A stretch of DNA of 64,000 bases, taken from positions 32,001 to 96,000 of the forward strand of contig CAVVYZ010000002.1 of the NCBI GenBank assembly GCA_963752595.1, read 5' to 3'. A program made the translations under genes and the position numbers. Below, one piece after another: positions 21,505-32,849 of the stretch; position 1 is the first letter of the stretch; the number at the start of each line of letters is the position of its first letter. The notes under the pieces were generated by a model. It saw only the letters and a list, made by a program, of their open reading frames with translations, did not search any database and was not told the DNA's origin. This stretch comes from an uncultured delta proteobacterium. Its GTDB lineage: Bacteria; Desulfobacterota; Desulfomonilia; UBA1062.

Positions 21505-23041
21505 TCAATTGCCCCAGCTATATGTTCTCACCCCGGATTGAGAGGGAAGGGATTTGTCCTTCATCGCAGCAAGGGGCCGTTTGGCGAACCATGGCTGTGC
21601 CTTTTCGAGCTGAGCTGCCAGACGGAAAAGTGTCGCCTCGTCGCCGAAGCGGCCGATGAACTGTACCCCGCAAGGCAGGCAGTCCCCTGTCCAGTGCAGC
21701 GGTAGGGACATGGCGGGCAGACCTGTGATATTTGCGATCGGGGTAAAGGGGTTCCCGGCCATGCAGTCGATGGCAAGCTCATCGATGATTGCCGACATGC
21801 TTGTGAAGTTTGCCTTGCAGAACTGCCCGACAATTTTTATGAGAGGCTTTCCAGTGGCTTGTGGTTTGTTTCACCGGTTCTGGCCGGGGGGAAGCCAGCG
21901 TAGGGGTGAGGATACAGGTCGTATTCTTGAGGAAGAGTCCCCATCTGCCGGGAAAAGTATTCCATCTCCTCATGGAGAGGACGAAATCACCGGCTGAAAA
22001 GGAATCCCCAGCATTTTGAAAACCCAGGCAGCATCTTCCAGATCGGATGCCACCGGCTTTCTGCCCAGCAGGTTTTGAGCTCTGAAATATCTGCAGAGGT
22101 CTCTCCGAAATGCAGCATGAAAAAGCTCTTTGCCATGGCAGGGCCGTCAATGGCGGCTCTGCCTCCTCTACATGGTGGCCGAGGCCCAGTCAGGAGACGG
22201 GCCGCATCCTCCGCCGCCTCTCTGCACTCCGGGTGCACTTGTCTCAGCGGCGATCTTGTGGTGTAGGCGATCCTTAAAGGTCCCGGCGCCTGCTGCGCCT
22301 CCTGGAGGTATGGACGCTGAGGCCCGGGGATGACATATGGCGCCCCGATATCCGGCCCCTGCACGGCATCCAGCATGGCAGCACTGTCGCGTACGGTGCG
22401 CGTGATGACATGCTCTGCAACGGTGCCCTGCCAGACCTCTCCCTGGTGGGGCCCTGTGGGCGTGCGGCCTCGCGTCGGTTTCAGGCCGAACAGGCCGCAG
22501 CATGAAGCCGGAATGCGGAGAGATCCGCATGCGTCGCTTCCCGAGGCCATCGGCACCATGCCGCTTGCCACGGCTGCTGCAGACCCTCCGCTCGAACCTC
22601 CGGGTTCATGGTCCATGCTCCAGGGATTGCGCGTATGGCCGTTGAACAGGGACCCGGTACAGGCAGCCAGGCATGACTCCGGGGTATTGGTTTCTCCCAG
22701 AACGATAATGCCCGTTGCCATATAGCGTCTCATCAGCTCGCAGTCATTGCCCGGTGTACATCCTTTGCGGACGCTTAAGGTCTGGGGAATGCCTGCATAG
22801 CTGGTGAGCGGGTCCTTGGTGAGGAAAGGCACCCCGCTAAACGGTCCTTTCTTGATTTTTTTCGCGGCAGCCTTGCGGGCGGCATCGAACTTCCGGAGTA
22901 TGACTGCGTTATCCTCGGATTGATGCTTTCGATGCGGCGAATGGCCTCTTCGCAGAGTTCGTAAGGTCCGACCTCCTTGTTTCTGACGAGCTCTGCCAGG
23001 CCGAGTGCATCAAACAAGTCGTATTCAGGGAAAGGTCTCAT
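21505..23041 (-). pseudogene. Amidase signature family gene, multiply frameshifted
   Basis: Fragments in different frames: DALGLAELVR..., PFLTKD, GGSSGGSAAAVA...[38 protein letters not shown]. Confidence 0.85.
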
Positions 23042-23109
23042 GATTCTTAAGCTTCCTATGAGAAACAAAGCATCCGTTTTGGGAGATGCCCCGTTTATTT
23101 CAAAAAATC

Positions 23110-23133
23110 GGGTACGCCGAGTGCGGCGTACCC
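23110..23133 (-). terminator. Rho-independent terminator after the AbfD-like gene
   Basis: GGGTACGCCG-agtg-CGGCGTACCC 10-bp stem, followed by a T-run on the minus strand. Confidence 0.8.
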
Positions 23134-23188
23134 AGCATTAAGCTATGAATTCTCTTAGAAAGTTGTGAGAGTACCCGGCTTCAGTTCC

Positions 23189-24652
23189 TCATATGCCGGC
23201 AATGCTGTTCACAAGGTTTTCCCGCAGCTTGATGTTGTACTGCGAGGTGATGGCGATCTGCTCCATGATGGGCGAACCGCCGCCATGGTAGTTGCCGTAG
23301 TTCATGGGGCCGGTGAAGCCGGAGCAGGAATAGTCGATGTAGAGCAGCCAGAACTTGATCTGGTCCTCCACCGGGACATCGGGATTGCGGTTGAGGTACT
23401 TTTCCAGCAGGGGCTTCAGCTCGGGATTGGTCGAGGTCCGCCTCGTTAGGGAAGGTTGCGGGAAGGCCGCCGGCGATGCTGCAGAGCATCTCCTGCTCCT
23501 GGAACACCGCTTCGCCGGTGAGGCACCTGCCCACATTGGCATAGATCGAATTGGGAATGCAGCTTCCCGGGCCGTAAGGGACCGGGCCCATACCCGGGAT
23601 GTAGACCTCGGGCTTGCCCATGGCCGATGCCGTGTACCCGGCTGCATAACCGAGCTCGGTGATCTTGATGAATTCGGCGAGCATCTCCCGGACATGGCCG
23701 GTCTTTCTGACGCCGTTGATCTTGGCAGCCAGGGAGGCCATGCCGGTCATGACGTCGCCGATGGCGGGTTTGCAGCCCGAGTAGCTGTGGCGGTGGAAAA
23801 GGGCGAACAGCAGGGCGCACAAGCCGCCGTGGTCGTTCTCTCCGCAGAGGAATACCCGGTCCCAGGGGACGAAGACGTTGTCGAAAATGATGATAGGAAT
23901 CGGTATACCCGCCGACTGAAAGCCTCTCTTGTAGTTTTTGCGTTTCCGGAAGTTGTGGATGGAAAGGACCTGCTTCACGCCCTCATGGTCGGCCGGGACG
24001 GCGAACGCCACGGCATAGTCCTTCTCGTCCGGGCCCAGTGCCCGGGTGGGGATGACCATGATCTCATCCGCTATGGATGCTTCCGAGATGTGCAGCTTGC
24101 ATCCCCGCACCACGATGCCGTCGCTCTTTCTTCTCCACCACACGGAGGTACATGTCCGGGTCGGTCTGCTCGATGGGCCTCTTCAGGCGCTCGCCCTTCA
24201 CGTCGGTCTGGGCGCAGCATCCGACGAGGTCGTTCTTCTGGAAGATTTCGAGCCATTTCAGGAAGTTCTTGTGATATTCGGTGTTCCCGTTGTTCAGCTT
24301 GTCCGCTTCAAAGGAGACGGCATTGACGGCATTGATGGAGTCGATGCCCATGCAGCGCTGGATGCAGAAACCCACCTTGCGGCACAGGGCGCGGGTCATA
24401 TCCTGCTTCTTGTGAAGGTCGTCCGTGTTCTGGTGGATGTGGCAGAAGCGGTTGATGGTCTTGCCGGTGAGGTGGGAAGTGGCTGTGCAGAGGGCTTTCA
24501 GTTCGGGGTCCCGGACAGCATCGAAGGTAACGCCCATGACGTTCAGGGTCGGCATGCTGCAGCTCGTCGTCTCGGTCGATGAGGGACCCGTTGTAGTAGA
24601 GGTTCCTCTGCATCTTCCGCAGGCCTTCGATATACTGTTCCCTTGTCCTCAT
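23189..24652 (-). pseudogene. 4-hydroxybutyryl-CoA dehydratase (AbfD/HpaB family), about 5 indels
   Basis: MRTREQY start, CIQRCMG and HRHSYSGCK Fe-S ligand motifs, AQTDVKG, HGGGSP. Frame changes near 24557, 24130, 23915/23895 and 23435. Confidence 0.82.
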
Positions 24653-24699
24653 ACATATCCTCGGTTCCCAGCCGTTCCTCAAGCTGTATGTCCGGTTCT

Positions 24700-25403
24700 C
24701 GCTACGGGCTGAATAGTCATGTCTTTTCTTCCTCCGTGATTGTCCGATTTTATCCGGCGCATGCGTGTCGCCGGTAAGATGCAGATGAAGAGAAATGTTC
24801 TTCGGTTTTTTTTGAGCCCTTATGCCGTCGAGGATCAGATCGACGAGTAGGTCGACCTGCTCCGGCATGTTGTTCGGAGCGCCCTGGAGATGCTTCCTGG
24901 TATAGAGGTGCTCGATGGTGCCCAGGATCATGGAGCGCACCAGGTAGGGGTCGGTTTCCTTCTTGAAGGTGCCGTCATCGATGCCCTCACGGATGCAGGA
25001 GAGCAGCATGCGTGCCGCGTCGCGGACCACTTCGCACGCCTTGGACTTGATGAAATTCCGGTTGGTCTTGAGATGGAGCATGATGAGGTTGGCGTACTCC
25101 GGGTTCTTCTCATAGGTGGTGATATAGCTCTGAACGATGGCCCTCAGCTTCGATTCGGCGCCGCGCAGGAAGGGCAGGACCTTCTCGGTTTCCCTGATGG
25201 ACTCCTCAGTGATGTCCTCCGGGATGGTGAACAGAAGCTCTTCCTTTGCAGTTGAAATATTCATACACCGTCGCATCGGAAACACCTGCAGCCTTGCTGA
25301 TTTCCGAGATGGTCGCATCCTGGAAGCCTTTTTCGGCAAAGATTTTCAGTGCACTCTCGATGATGCGCTCTCTTCTCTCGGCCTTCGGATTTATCTTTGT
25401 CAT
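24700..25403 (-). pseudogene. TetR-family regulator with a frameshift in the HTH; 3' end uncertain
   Basis: IIESALKIFAEKGFQDATISEISKAAGVSDATVYEYF, then KEELL in another frame (extra A near 25247). Confidence 0.8.
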
Positions 25404-25527
25404 ATTGCCTCCCTACTGGTTTTTTTGAAATTTTTCCTTGTGGGAGGGTATTCACAGACGAAAAATAAAAGCAACGATCTGCTTTTGGGATGGTTTTTTC
25501 AGAGTCTCATCTATCATCATAGCCTAT

Positions 25528-25593
25528 ATAATACTCATTAACTTTGAAAATGTCAAGTAGTAATTGACAATGACTTTGAAAAAAATATATAAA
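25528..25593. promoter_or_regulatory. Back-to-back sigma70 promoters for the TetR and SDR genes
   Basis: TGTCAA (25551-25556) and TTGACA (25564-25569) -35 boxes, with TATTAT (minus) and TATATA/TATAAA (plus) -10 candidates at about 17 bp. Confidence 0.6.
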
Positions 25594-25766
25594 GCACGTA
25601 GAGACTATATAATTAGACAATATAACAGAGCGTCGCAATGATAAAGCCTGATCATATGAAGTAAGGGCATGAATAATGAAGATTGCAAAAAAAACAGAAA
25701 ACCAGGTTCGGGGTTCATCGGGAAGAGCAGTCAGACATGTGACAAACTACTATAAAGGAGTAGCCA

Positions 25767-26530
25767 ATGAAGAAGGTTGATTTTTCACTGAACAATAAGA
25801 TTGCGCTGGTAACAGGTGCGAGCAGAGGAATCGGTGAAGCTATTGCCCTGACACTGGCCGATTACGGCGCCCATTGTATCCTTGTGAGCAGGAAGGCGGA
25901 TGCCCTGAAAGGCGTGGCTGATACGATCGCATCCCGGGGGGCAAAGCCGAAGTGATGGCATGCCATGTGGGCGACCTCAAGCAGATCGAGGGTCTCATAG
26001 GCCTGATCAAAGAACGCTTCGGCAGGCTCGATATCCTTATTAATAATGCTGCCACGAACCCCTACTTCGGGGACATGCTGGGCGCAGACGAGGGAGTATG
26101 GAACAAGACCTTCGACGTGAACCTCAAAGGCCCGTTCTTCCTCATCCAGCATGCAGCCGGACTCATGGAGGCATCAGGCGGGGGCGCAATCGTAAACGTG
26201 TCATCGGTCAACGGCGTCAAGCCTGCACCGTTCCAGGGGGTCTACTCCATCACCAAGGCAGGCCTTATCTCCATGACCATGGCTTTTGCCAAGGAGCTCG
26301 CATGCAAAAACATCCGGGTGAATGCCCTGCTGCCGGGCCTTGTCGACACCCACTTCTCCAAGGCCATCATGGAAAACGACGCCGTGCACGACATAGCGGT
26401 CAAGATGATCCCCATGAACAGGCATGCCGAGCCCAGGGAGATCGCCGGAGTGGTCCTCTACCTCGTGTCGGATGCAGCATCCTTTACCACCGGTGCCGGC
26501 TTCGTCGTGGATGGCGGGGCATTGGCTTAA
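25767..26530 (+). pseudogene. Classical SDR oxidoreductase with a -1 indel in a G run
   Basis: TGASRGIG, NNAA, YSITK, NALLPG. The G6 run at 25936-25941 would need G7 to join the frames. Confidence 0.88.
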
Positions 26531-26589
26531 ACCACTATTCCTGTGCACATATAGGGAATTGCCTTATCGAAAGGCGAAAGGAAAACCAT

Positions 26590-27513
26590 ATGAAATTAGA
26601 AGACATTAAAAAGGTGCTCATCCTGGGCGCAGGAACCATGGGCCAGCAGATCGGGTTTGTGTGCGCCATGCACGGGTATGAGGTGGTGATGTACGACATC
26701 TCCGATGAGATTCTCAAGGATTCCGTCAAGCGCATGGAAAAGCTCGGGTCGCTGTGGTTTGCCGCCACAGGCAGGATCACAAGCGAGCAGGTGACTGAGA
26801 TCATGGCGAGAATTTCCGCAACGTCGGATCCGAAGGAAGCTGCAAAAGATGCTGATATCGTCAGCGAGTCGGTGCCGGAAGACCCGGGAATCAAGTCAAA
26901 AGTGTTTGCCCTGTTCAATGAGCTCTGCCCGGAACGGACTATCTTCACCACCAACACCTCCCTGCTCATGCCCTCGAAATTCGCTTCATTAACCGGCAGG
27001 CCCGAGAAGCTCGTGGCGCTCCACTTTCACGATGTCCGTACCACCAATGTAGTGGATGTCATGCCTCACCCGGGCACCGACCCGTCAGTCACCCAGCTCG
27101 TATACGATTTTGCCGTGAAGATCGGGCAGGTAGCCATCATGCTCCACCGTGAGAACAACGGCTATGTATTCAATGCCATGATCTCGAACCTCTTCTTTAC
27201 CGCAATGACCCTGGCGACCCGGGATGTGACGAGCTTCGAGGATATCGACCGGGCATGGATGGGTGTGACGCTCATGCCCATGGGCCCGTTCGGCATCATG
27301 GACCAGATAGGCCTCAAAACCGTGTGGACGATCACGGATTACTGGGCCAAAAAAGGCAAGGATGCCCAGGCCCAGGCAAATGCGGATTTCCTCAAACAGT
27401 ATGTGGACAGGGGCGAGCTGGGGGCCAAGACGAGAAAGGGCTTTTACTCTTATCCGAACCCTGCATACGCGCATCCTGACTTCCTTACCCATGGGGCCGG
27501 GAAAAAAGAATAG
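26590..27513 (+). CDS. 3-hydroxyacyl-CoA dehydrogenase
   Basis: ILGAGTMG, ESVPED, TNTS, LHF, MGPFGIMDQIG, GAKTRKGFY. Confidence 0.92.
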   Translation: MKLEDIKKVLILGAGTMGQQIGFVCAMHGYEVVMYDISDEILKDSVKRMEKLGSLWFAATGRITSEQVTEIMARISATSDPKEAAKDADIVSESVPEDPGIKSKVFALFNELCPERTIFTTNTSLLMPSKFASLTGRPEKLVALHFHDVRTTNVVDVMPHPGTDPSVTQLVYDFAVKIGQVAIMLHRENNGYVFNAMISNLFFTAMTLATRDVTSFEDIDRAWMGVTLMPMGPFGIMDQIGLKTVWTITDYWAKKGKDAQAQANADFLKQYVDRGELGAKTRKGFYSYPNPAYAHPDFLTHGAGKKE

Positions 27514-27592
27514 ATATATCCATAACAGATGTTTTTAGATAATTGCTTAATTATTAAAAATATCTGGATATGATCAGGTGTGGGTGCCGGGC

Positions 27593-29556
27593 ATGAAGAA
27601 AATCCATAAGCTCTTGATCGCGAACCGCGGAGGGATTGCCTGCAGGGTGATCCGCACATGCCGGGAGCTGGGCATCCTGACGGTTGCCTTGTATTCGGAA
27701 ATCGACAGCCGAGCGCTGTTCGTGAAGATGGCGGACGAAGACGTATGCATCGGCCAATCCGGCATCGAAACCTACCTGAATCAGGACAGGATAGTTCAGG
27801 CAGCCCGAGAGACGTGCGCGGATGCCGTCCATCCCGGATACGGCCTCCTGTCGGAAAACCCGGATTTCGCTTCGCGCTGCAGAAACGAAAACATCACGTT
27901 CACAGGGCTGTCCCCGGAGTCGATTGCCGTGATGGGCTCGAAGATCGCGGCCAGGGAGCTCTGTGAAGAGATCGGCGTGCCGGTGATCCCGGGCTTCCGT
28001 ATAAACCAAGAATCGGCATCGGAACTTTCCGCCCGTGTCTCACAGATCGGCTACCCGGTCCTCATCAAGGCTTCCGAAGGAGGGGGCGGGATCGGCATAT
28101 TCCTGGTCGAAGGCGTGGACGCACTTGAAAGTACGCTGGAATCTGCACGGAAGAAGTCCCTTGCAGTCTACGGCAATGACAATCTTCTCATCGAGAAATA
28201 TCTTCCTTCGGTCCGTCATATCGAATTCCAGGTCATGGGAGATGTGCACGGCAACATCATCCACCTCTTCGAGCGGGAGAGCTCGGTTCAGCGAAGGCAC
28301 CAGAAACTCCTCGAAGAATCTCCGTCGCCCGTACGGAAGAGCTGCGGAAGAGAATGGGGGATGCGGCAGCGGCAGTAGCCGGGGCGGTGAAGTATTCGAA
28401 CGCCGGCACCGTGGAGTTCGTCCTCACCGATGACGGGACATTCTATTTCCTGGAGATGAACACGAGGGTCCAGGTCGAGCACCCGGTGACCGAGGCGGTA
28501 ACCGGCATCGATCTGGTGGCGATGCAGATCGCCGTAGCAGAAGGCGAGCCGCTGGGCATAAGTCAGGACAGCCTTTCGATGAACGGCCACGCAATCGAGT
28601 GCCGGATTTATGCCGAAGACCCGGATAACGATTTCTTTCCTTCAGCAGGCACCCTGCACGCGTGGAAAGAGGCCCCCGGGGTGAGGACCGACAGCGGCGT
28701 GGAGTCGTCATCGCGTCTCACCATCGATTTCGACCCACTCATGGCAAAGGTCATCGTACATGCTGAATCTCGAAGCAATGCAATCCGGAAGATGAGCAGG
28801 GCATTGAAGGAGACTGCTGCCCTGGGTGTGGCAACCAACATCGATTTCCTGTCCCGCCTCCTGACTGGCGAGCCGTATCTCAACGGTGAGATCAAGACAG
28901 ACTTTTTTGCCGAGTCAGCACCTGCCGTGCAGAAACCCCCTCTGACGCCTGAAGGCACCTGCATGCTCGTCTCGGCTGCAATCATAGCCCGGTTTGACGG
29001 GTATGAGGAAGGCCACCGGGAGCCGGGGTGGCAGGGGACATATCACAAAATGAGATATGCCGGGTTCCTGCTGCACGGCACCGAACATTCTGCAGCATAC
29101 CGCAAGAAGGATAAGGACAGGTTCGAGATCGCCTTCCTTAAAGATACCTTCGATGTCTTCCTGGCGGCAAAAGCAGCGGACTATATTGTTATCACCGTCA
29201 ACGGGCGGCGTCAGAGGTTTTCGTATGCCGATGACGGTGAGACGCTGTTTCTCCACTGCTTAACCCTCGGGCATCATCAGCTGAAATACCGTTCGCGCTT
29301 TGAATCCATGGAGTTCCACCATCAACGAAAAGGGACCAGAGATGCGCCCATGGACGGTAAGGTCGCATCGGTAAAGGTGCAGTCTGGAAAAAAGGTGAAG
29401 AAGGGCCAGGACCTCCTGGTCATCGAGTCCATGAAGATGGAAAACATCATCCAGGCCGACCGGGAAGGATCGGTGAAAGAGATCTTCGTGAAGCCGGGCG
29501 ATTTCGTGAAAATGGGATCTCTGCCCATCGAACTTGACGTGGAGAATGGCGCATGA
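27593..29556 (+). pseudogene. Acyl-CoA carboxylase alpha subunit (BC plus BCCP), frameshifted near 28332
   Basis: LIANRG, HPGYG, QRRHQK, EMNTRVQVEHPVTE, ESMKME biotin-lysine motif; two ORF pieces. Confidence 0.88.
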
Positions 29557-31103
29557 CGAAAGACAGGGATTCATTCAGGACAGGCGAGCTCGCTTCCCGC
29601 ATTGAAAAGAACAGGCAGATGGGGGGCGAAAAAAAGGTCGGAAAGCAGCACGACAAGGGAAGGCTCACCGTGCGGGAACGGATCGATCTGCTCCTCGACG
29701 CGGGGAGCTTCGACGAGTACGGCATCCTCGCCCACAGCGACCTTGCGGAAGCTTATGCGAAGACGCCTGCAGACGGAAAGGTATGCGGGTTCGTCCACAT
29801 CGACAACAGAGTCGCGTACGTCTCGGGGGACGATGTTACGGTCATGTCGGGTGCGGGGGGCCGCATCGTGGTTTCCAAGGCGATCAAGAATCTCGAGTAT
29901 GCCGCCAAGAAGGGATTCCCCTGCATCCATCTCGGTGACGGCGGGGGTGCCCGCATCCCGGACACCATGGGGGACGTGGGCATCATGAAGGCCATGGAGG
30001 CCGTGGATGCGCACAACCGCGAAGTGCCGTTCATCGTGTCCATCATGGGCGAATGCTATGGCGGCCCCACCTGGGAGGCGTCGATCTCGGATGTGGTCAT
30101 CCAGGTGAAAGGCTCGGTTATGGCGGTCACCTCGCCGCGGATCATTTCGGTTGCAACCGGCGAAAACTCGACCGATCAGGAGCTCGGGGGCTGGGAGCTT
30201 CATGCCCACATCACCGGCCAGGCGGACCTCTTTGCCGAGAACGAAGAAGAGTGCCTCTGGCTCATACGCCGCCGCCTCGGGTATTTGCCGTCCAACGCCC
30301 GTGAGTTTCCGCCGGTCAAACCCTGTGACGACCCGTACGGGGTAAAGATCGAATCGATCTTCGACGCAGTGCCCGAGGATCCGAAAAAACTCTATGACAT
30401 GCATGACATGCTGGACCTCGTCTTCGACCGCGACAGCATCCTGGAGCTCAAACCGTACTATGACGGCAGCCTGATCACCTGCTTCGGGCGCCTGGACGGC
30501 CGCAGCGTCGGGATCCTGGCGAATAACCCCCTCGTGACAGCCGGCGCCATGGGGCCGGGGGCCTGCGACAAGGCCATCGCCTTCATCTGCCTGTGCGATT
30601 CGTTCAACATCCCCATGATCTTCATCCACGACACGCCGGGCTTCCTCGTGGGAAAGGCTGCGGAGGAGAGGAAGATGCCCTTGAAGATCATGTCCATGAT
30701 CAAGGCGCTCCAGCTGGCGACCGTGCCGGTGGTGAGCCTCATCGTCCGCAAGTCGTACGGAATGGCCCATCACAACATGGCAGGGGGCAGGCTCTCTGAT
30801 TCCATCCTTGCCTGGCCCACGGCTGACATCTCGTTCATGGCGGCGGATGTGGCCATCAACGCCGCATTCGGTCAGAATTTCGCGGATAACCCCGATGCGG
30901 AGACCATGAGAACGGCATTCATGCAGGAGATGTTGCGTAAGGCCGAGCCCTGGGAAGCGGCAGGTTTAAACCTCATCGATAAGGTCATCGATCCGCGTGA
31001 TACCAGGACCGAACTGATCCGGGCGCTTGAGATAGCCCGCGGCAGTTCCGGTGACAGGGGAAAGAGCAGCCGGCTCCTTGCCTCATGGCCCCGGATGGTG
31101 TAA
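29553..31103 (+). CDS. Acyl-CoA carboxylase carboxyltransferase (beta) subunit
   Basis: GRLTVRERI, DGGGARI, ELGG, DTPGFLVG, RKSYG, IDPRDTR. Confidence 0.9.
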   Translation: MTKDRDSFRTGELASRIEKNRQMGGEKKVGKQHDKGRLTVRERIDLLLDAGSFDEYGILAHSDLAEAYAKTPADGKVCGFVHIDNRVAYVSGDDVTVMSGAGGRIVVSKAIKNLEYAAKKGFPCIHLGDGGGARIPDTMGDVGIMKAMEAVDAHNREVPFIVSIMGECYGGPTWEASISDVVIQVKGSVMAVTSPRIISVATGENSTDQELGGWELHAHITGQADLFAENEEECLWLIRRRLGYLPSNAREFPPVKPCDDPYGVKIESIFDAVPEDPKKLYDMHDMLDLVFDRDSILELKPYYDGSLITCFGRLDGRSVGILANNPLVTAGAMGPGACDKAIAFICLCDSFNIPMIFIHDTPGFLVGKAAEERKMPLKIMSMIKALQLATVPVVSLIVRKSYGMAHHNMAGGRLSDSILAWPTADISFMAADVAINAAFGQNFADNPDAETMRTAFMQEMLRKAEPWEAAGLNLIDKVIDPRDTRTELIRALEIARGSSGDRGKSSRLLASWPRMV

Positions 31104-31718
31104 CGGGGCTTCAGTTCCGCGGTCCGGCCGGAGCAGGAAACGGATGGCATCGAGGGAATTCAGGATGTCTTTTTTGTCCTTGGTCAGCCTCGAGAGCATG
31201 ATCCCGCCTTCCAGGGAGGCGACGATGTGCCGTGCCAGCGGGTACGGCTTCATGTGCGTTGACCGCTCGCCCTTACGGAGCGCCTCTTCCAGCAGGGACA
31301 TTATGAGGCCTGCCCATTGGTCGAAAACCGCCCTGATCGCGCTCTGGAACTCGGCATTCTGGTCTCCCATCTCGAGGGCTATGTTGCCGAAGATGCACCC
31401 GCCTATGAACTTTTTCCCGGAGTGGTATTCGTAGATCGCATCCGGAACGCTATCGAGCTTGGCCATGCCGCTGCGGCCTTTTACACGTGCATTGAGGTAG
31501 GCCATGTACTCCTTGCGTGCTTCTTCGATGAGGGCAAGGGCAAGCTCTTCCTTGTTCTTGAAATGAAAATAGAGATTCCCCCGCTGCACCCCGCTTGCCT
31601 CGATGATGTCCGAAATGCTGGTGGCGTGGTAGCCTTTTGTGTTGAAGAGTTCCATCGCCTCCATGAGGATGCGGGCTCTGGTCCTCATTCCTTTTGAAAT
31701 AACCGTCTTTTCGCTCAT
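31083..31718 (-). CDS. TetR-family regulator (LmrA/YxaF-like C-terminus)
   Basis: TRARIL...GYHATSISDI...GNLYFHFKNKEEL; GCIFGNIALE. Confidence 0.92.
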   Translation of the reverse strand: MSEKTVISKGMRTRARILMEAMELFNTKGYHATSISDIIEASGVQRGNLYFHFKNKEELALALIEEARKEYMAYLNARVKGRSGMAKLDSVPDAIYEYHSGKKFIGGCIFGNIALEMGDQNAEFQSAIRAVFDQWAGLIMSLLEEALRKGERSTHMKPYPLARHIVASLEGGIMLSRLTKDKKDILNSLDAIRFLLRPDRGTEAPLHHPGP

Positions 31719-31763
31719 AAAACCTGCCGGTAGGCACCATTACTACCGGTTCCCCGATCCCTG

Positions 31764-32654
31764 TCAATCCTTTTTGTGGCTCTTTCTGAGCTGGTCGAGA
31801 TTGATGCGCATACCTTCCTGAAAAAGGTAATTGATAAGGGGCAGCGACATTTTCTCAGGCCCATAGAGGATGATCTGGACACTGGGGATGGAGAAGTACA
31901 TCAATGCCCTCTTCATGAGCAGGGTATCGGCGAGCTCCCGCGCTATGGGGTGGGTCCGGCCGATCTCAAGTTCCACATCGGCCGGGTTCAGCGAGATGCC
32001 CAGCTTGAGCGCATTCATCTTGAACTCGGTGTACTGGGGCTGTCTGTACTGGTAGAGACGGATAAGGAACTTCATCAACCTGCTCATAGGGGTGGCGATC
32101 TTCCTGCCTTTGAGCCTCATGATGAACTCGTCCTTTTCCTTGAGCGAGCAGCTCACCCATGAATCGGTATCCTCGAAATCGATGCCGGCAAGAAACTTGG
32201 GGAAGCCTGCGAAGTCGATGCCCCACCGCAAGGCCTCTTCGGTGGTGACGGGCAGGTGGTGGATGTACGGGTAGAAGTTGAACCGGATAAGCTGGCGCAG
32301 GAGGTTGTAGCCGGGAATGGCCATAATGTCCGGGTTGTTGAGCAGCACGGAAATGGCGACCTCGTTATACGGCCCCACGTCGGTGTCATGGTATTCGAAG
32401 CAGGCAATTGCCAGGCCGCCGATGCCCGGAAGCATCTGGGCCGGTGTGAACCGGGGATCGGGGAGCAGCTTCTTCAACGCCAGGATGCTTGCAGGGAAAA
32501 TCGCCACATGAGCCCGTGCATCGCGGTAGAAGATGGGGAGCTTGACCTTTGTCCCTGCTGCCCATACATCGACCTGTTCAACCCCTTGGAAGAAATCATC
32601 GTATGAATGGTGGTTATGGTGCTTATGCTTCTTGTGTGTATTGTGGTGCGTCAT
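31764..32654 (-). CDS. Acetoacetate decarboxylase-like family protein with His-rich N-terminus
   Basis: LPIFY, EYHDTDVGPYNE, LPVTTE...GFPKF (Schiff-base Lys position). Confidence 0.82.
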   Translation of the reverse strand: MTHHNTHKKHKHHNHHSYDDFFQGVEQVDVWAAGTKVKLPIFYRDARAHVAIFPASILALKKLLPDPRFTPAQMLPGIGGLAIACFEYHDTDVGPYNEVAISVLLNNPDIMAIPGYNLLRQLIRFNFYPYIHHLPVTTEEALRWGIDFAGFPKFLAGIDFEDTDSWVSCSLKEKDEFIMRLKGRKIATPMSRLMKFLIRLYQYRQPQYTEFKMNALKLGISLNPADVELEIGRTHPIARELADTLLMKRALMYFSIPSVQIILYGPEKMSLPLINYLFQEGMRINLDQLRKSHKKD

Positions 32655-32849
32655 CGGGAAACCTCCTCGGAATGCATGTAAGGCTATATACTGATATTAT
32701 AAATGAGCCTGCAGGAAATACAATACATTAGAACAAATAAATGATTTTATTGTTGATACAGGGGACTCTTCTCATTATCTTTTACTTCGTCTCTATGGGG
32801 AGATGCATCTTTTGTTACCGTGCTTATTTTCATGAAGAAGGAGGAATCT

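Noticed and set aside
29571-30773. Long antisense ORFs (also 47898-49016, 43308-44432, 67-1005)
   Set aside because: These are shadows of well-supported genes caused by high-GC codon bias.
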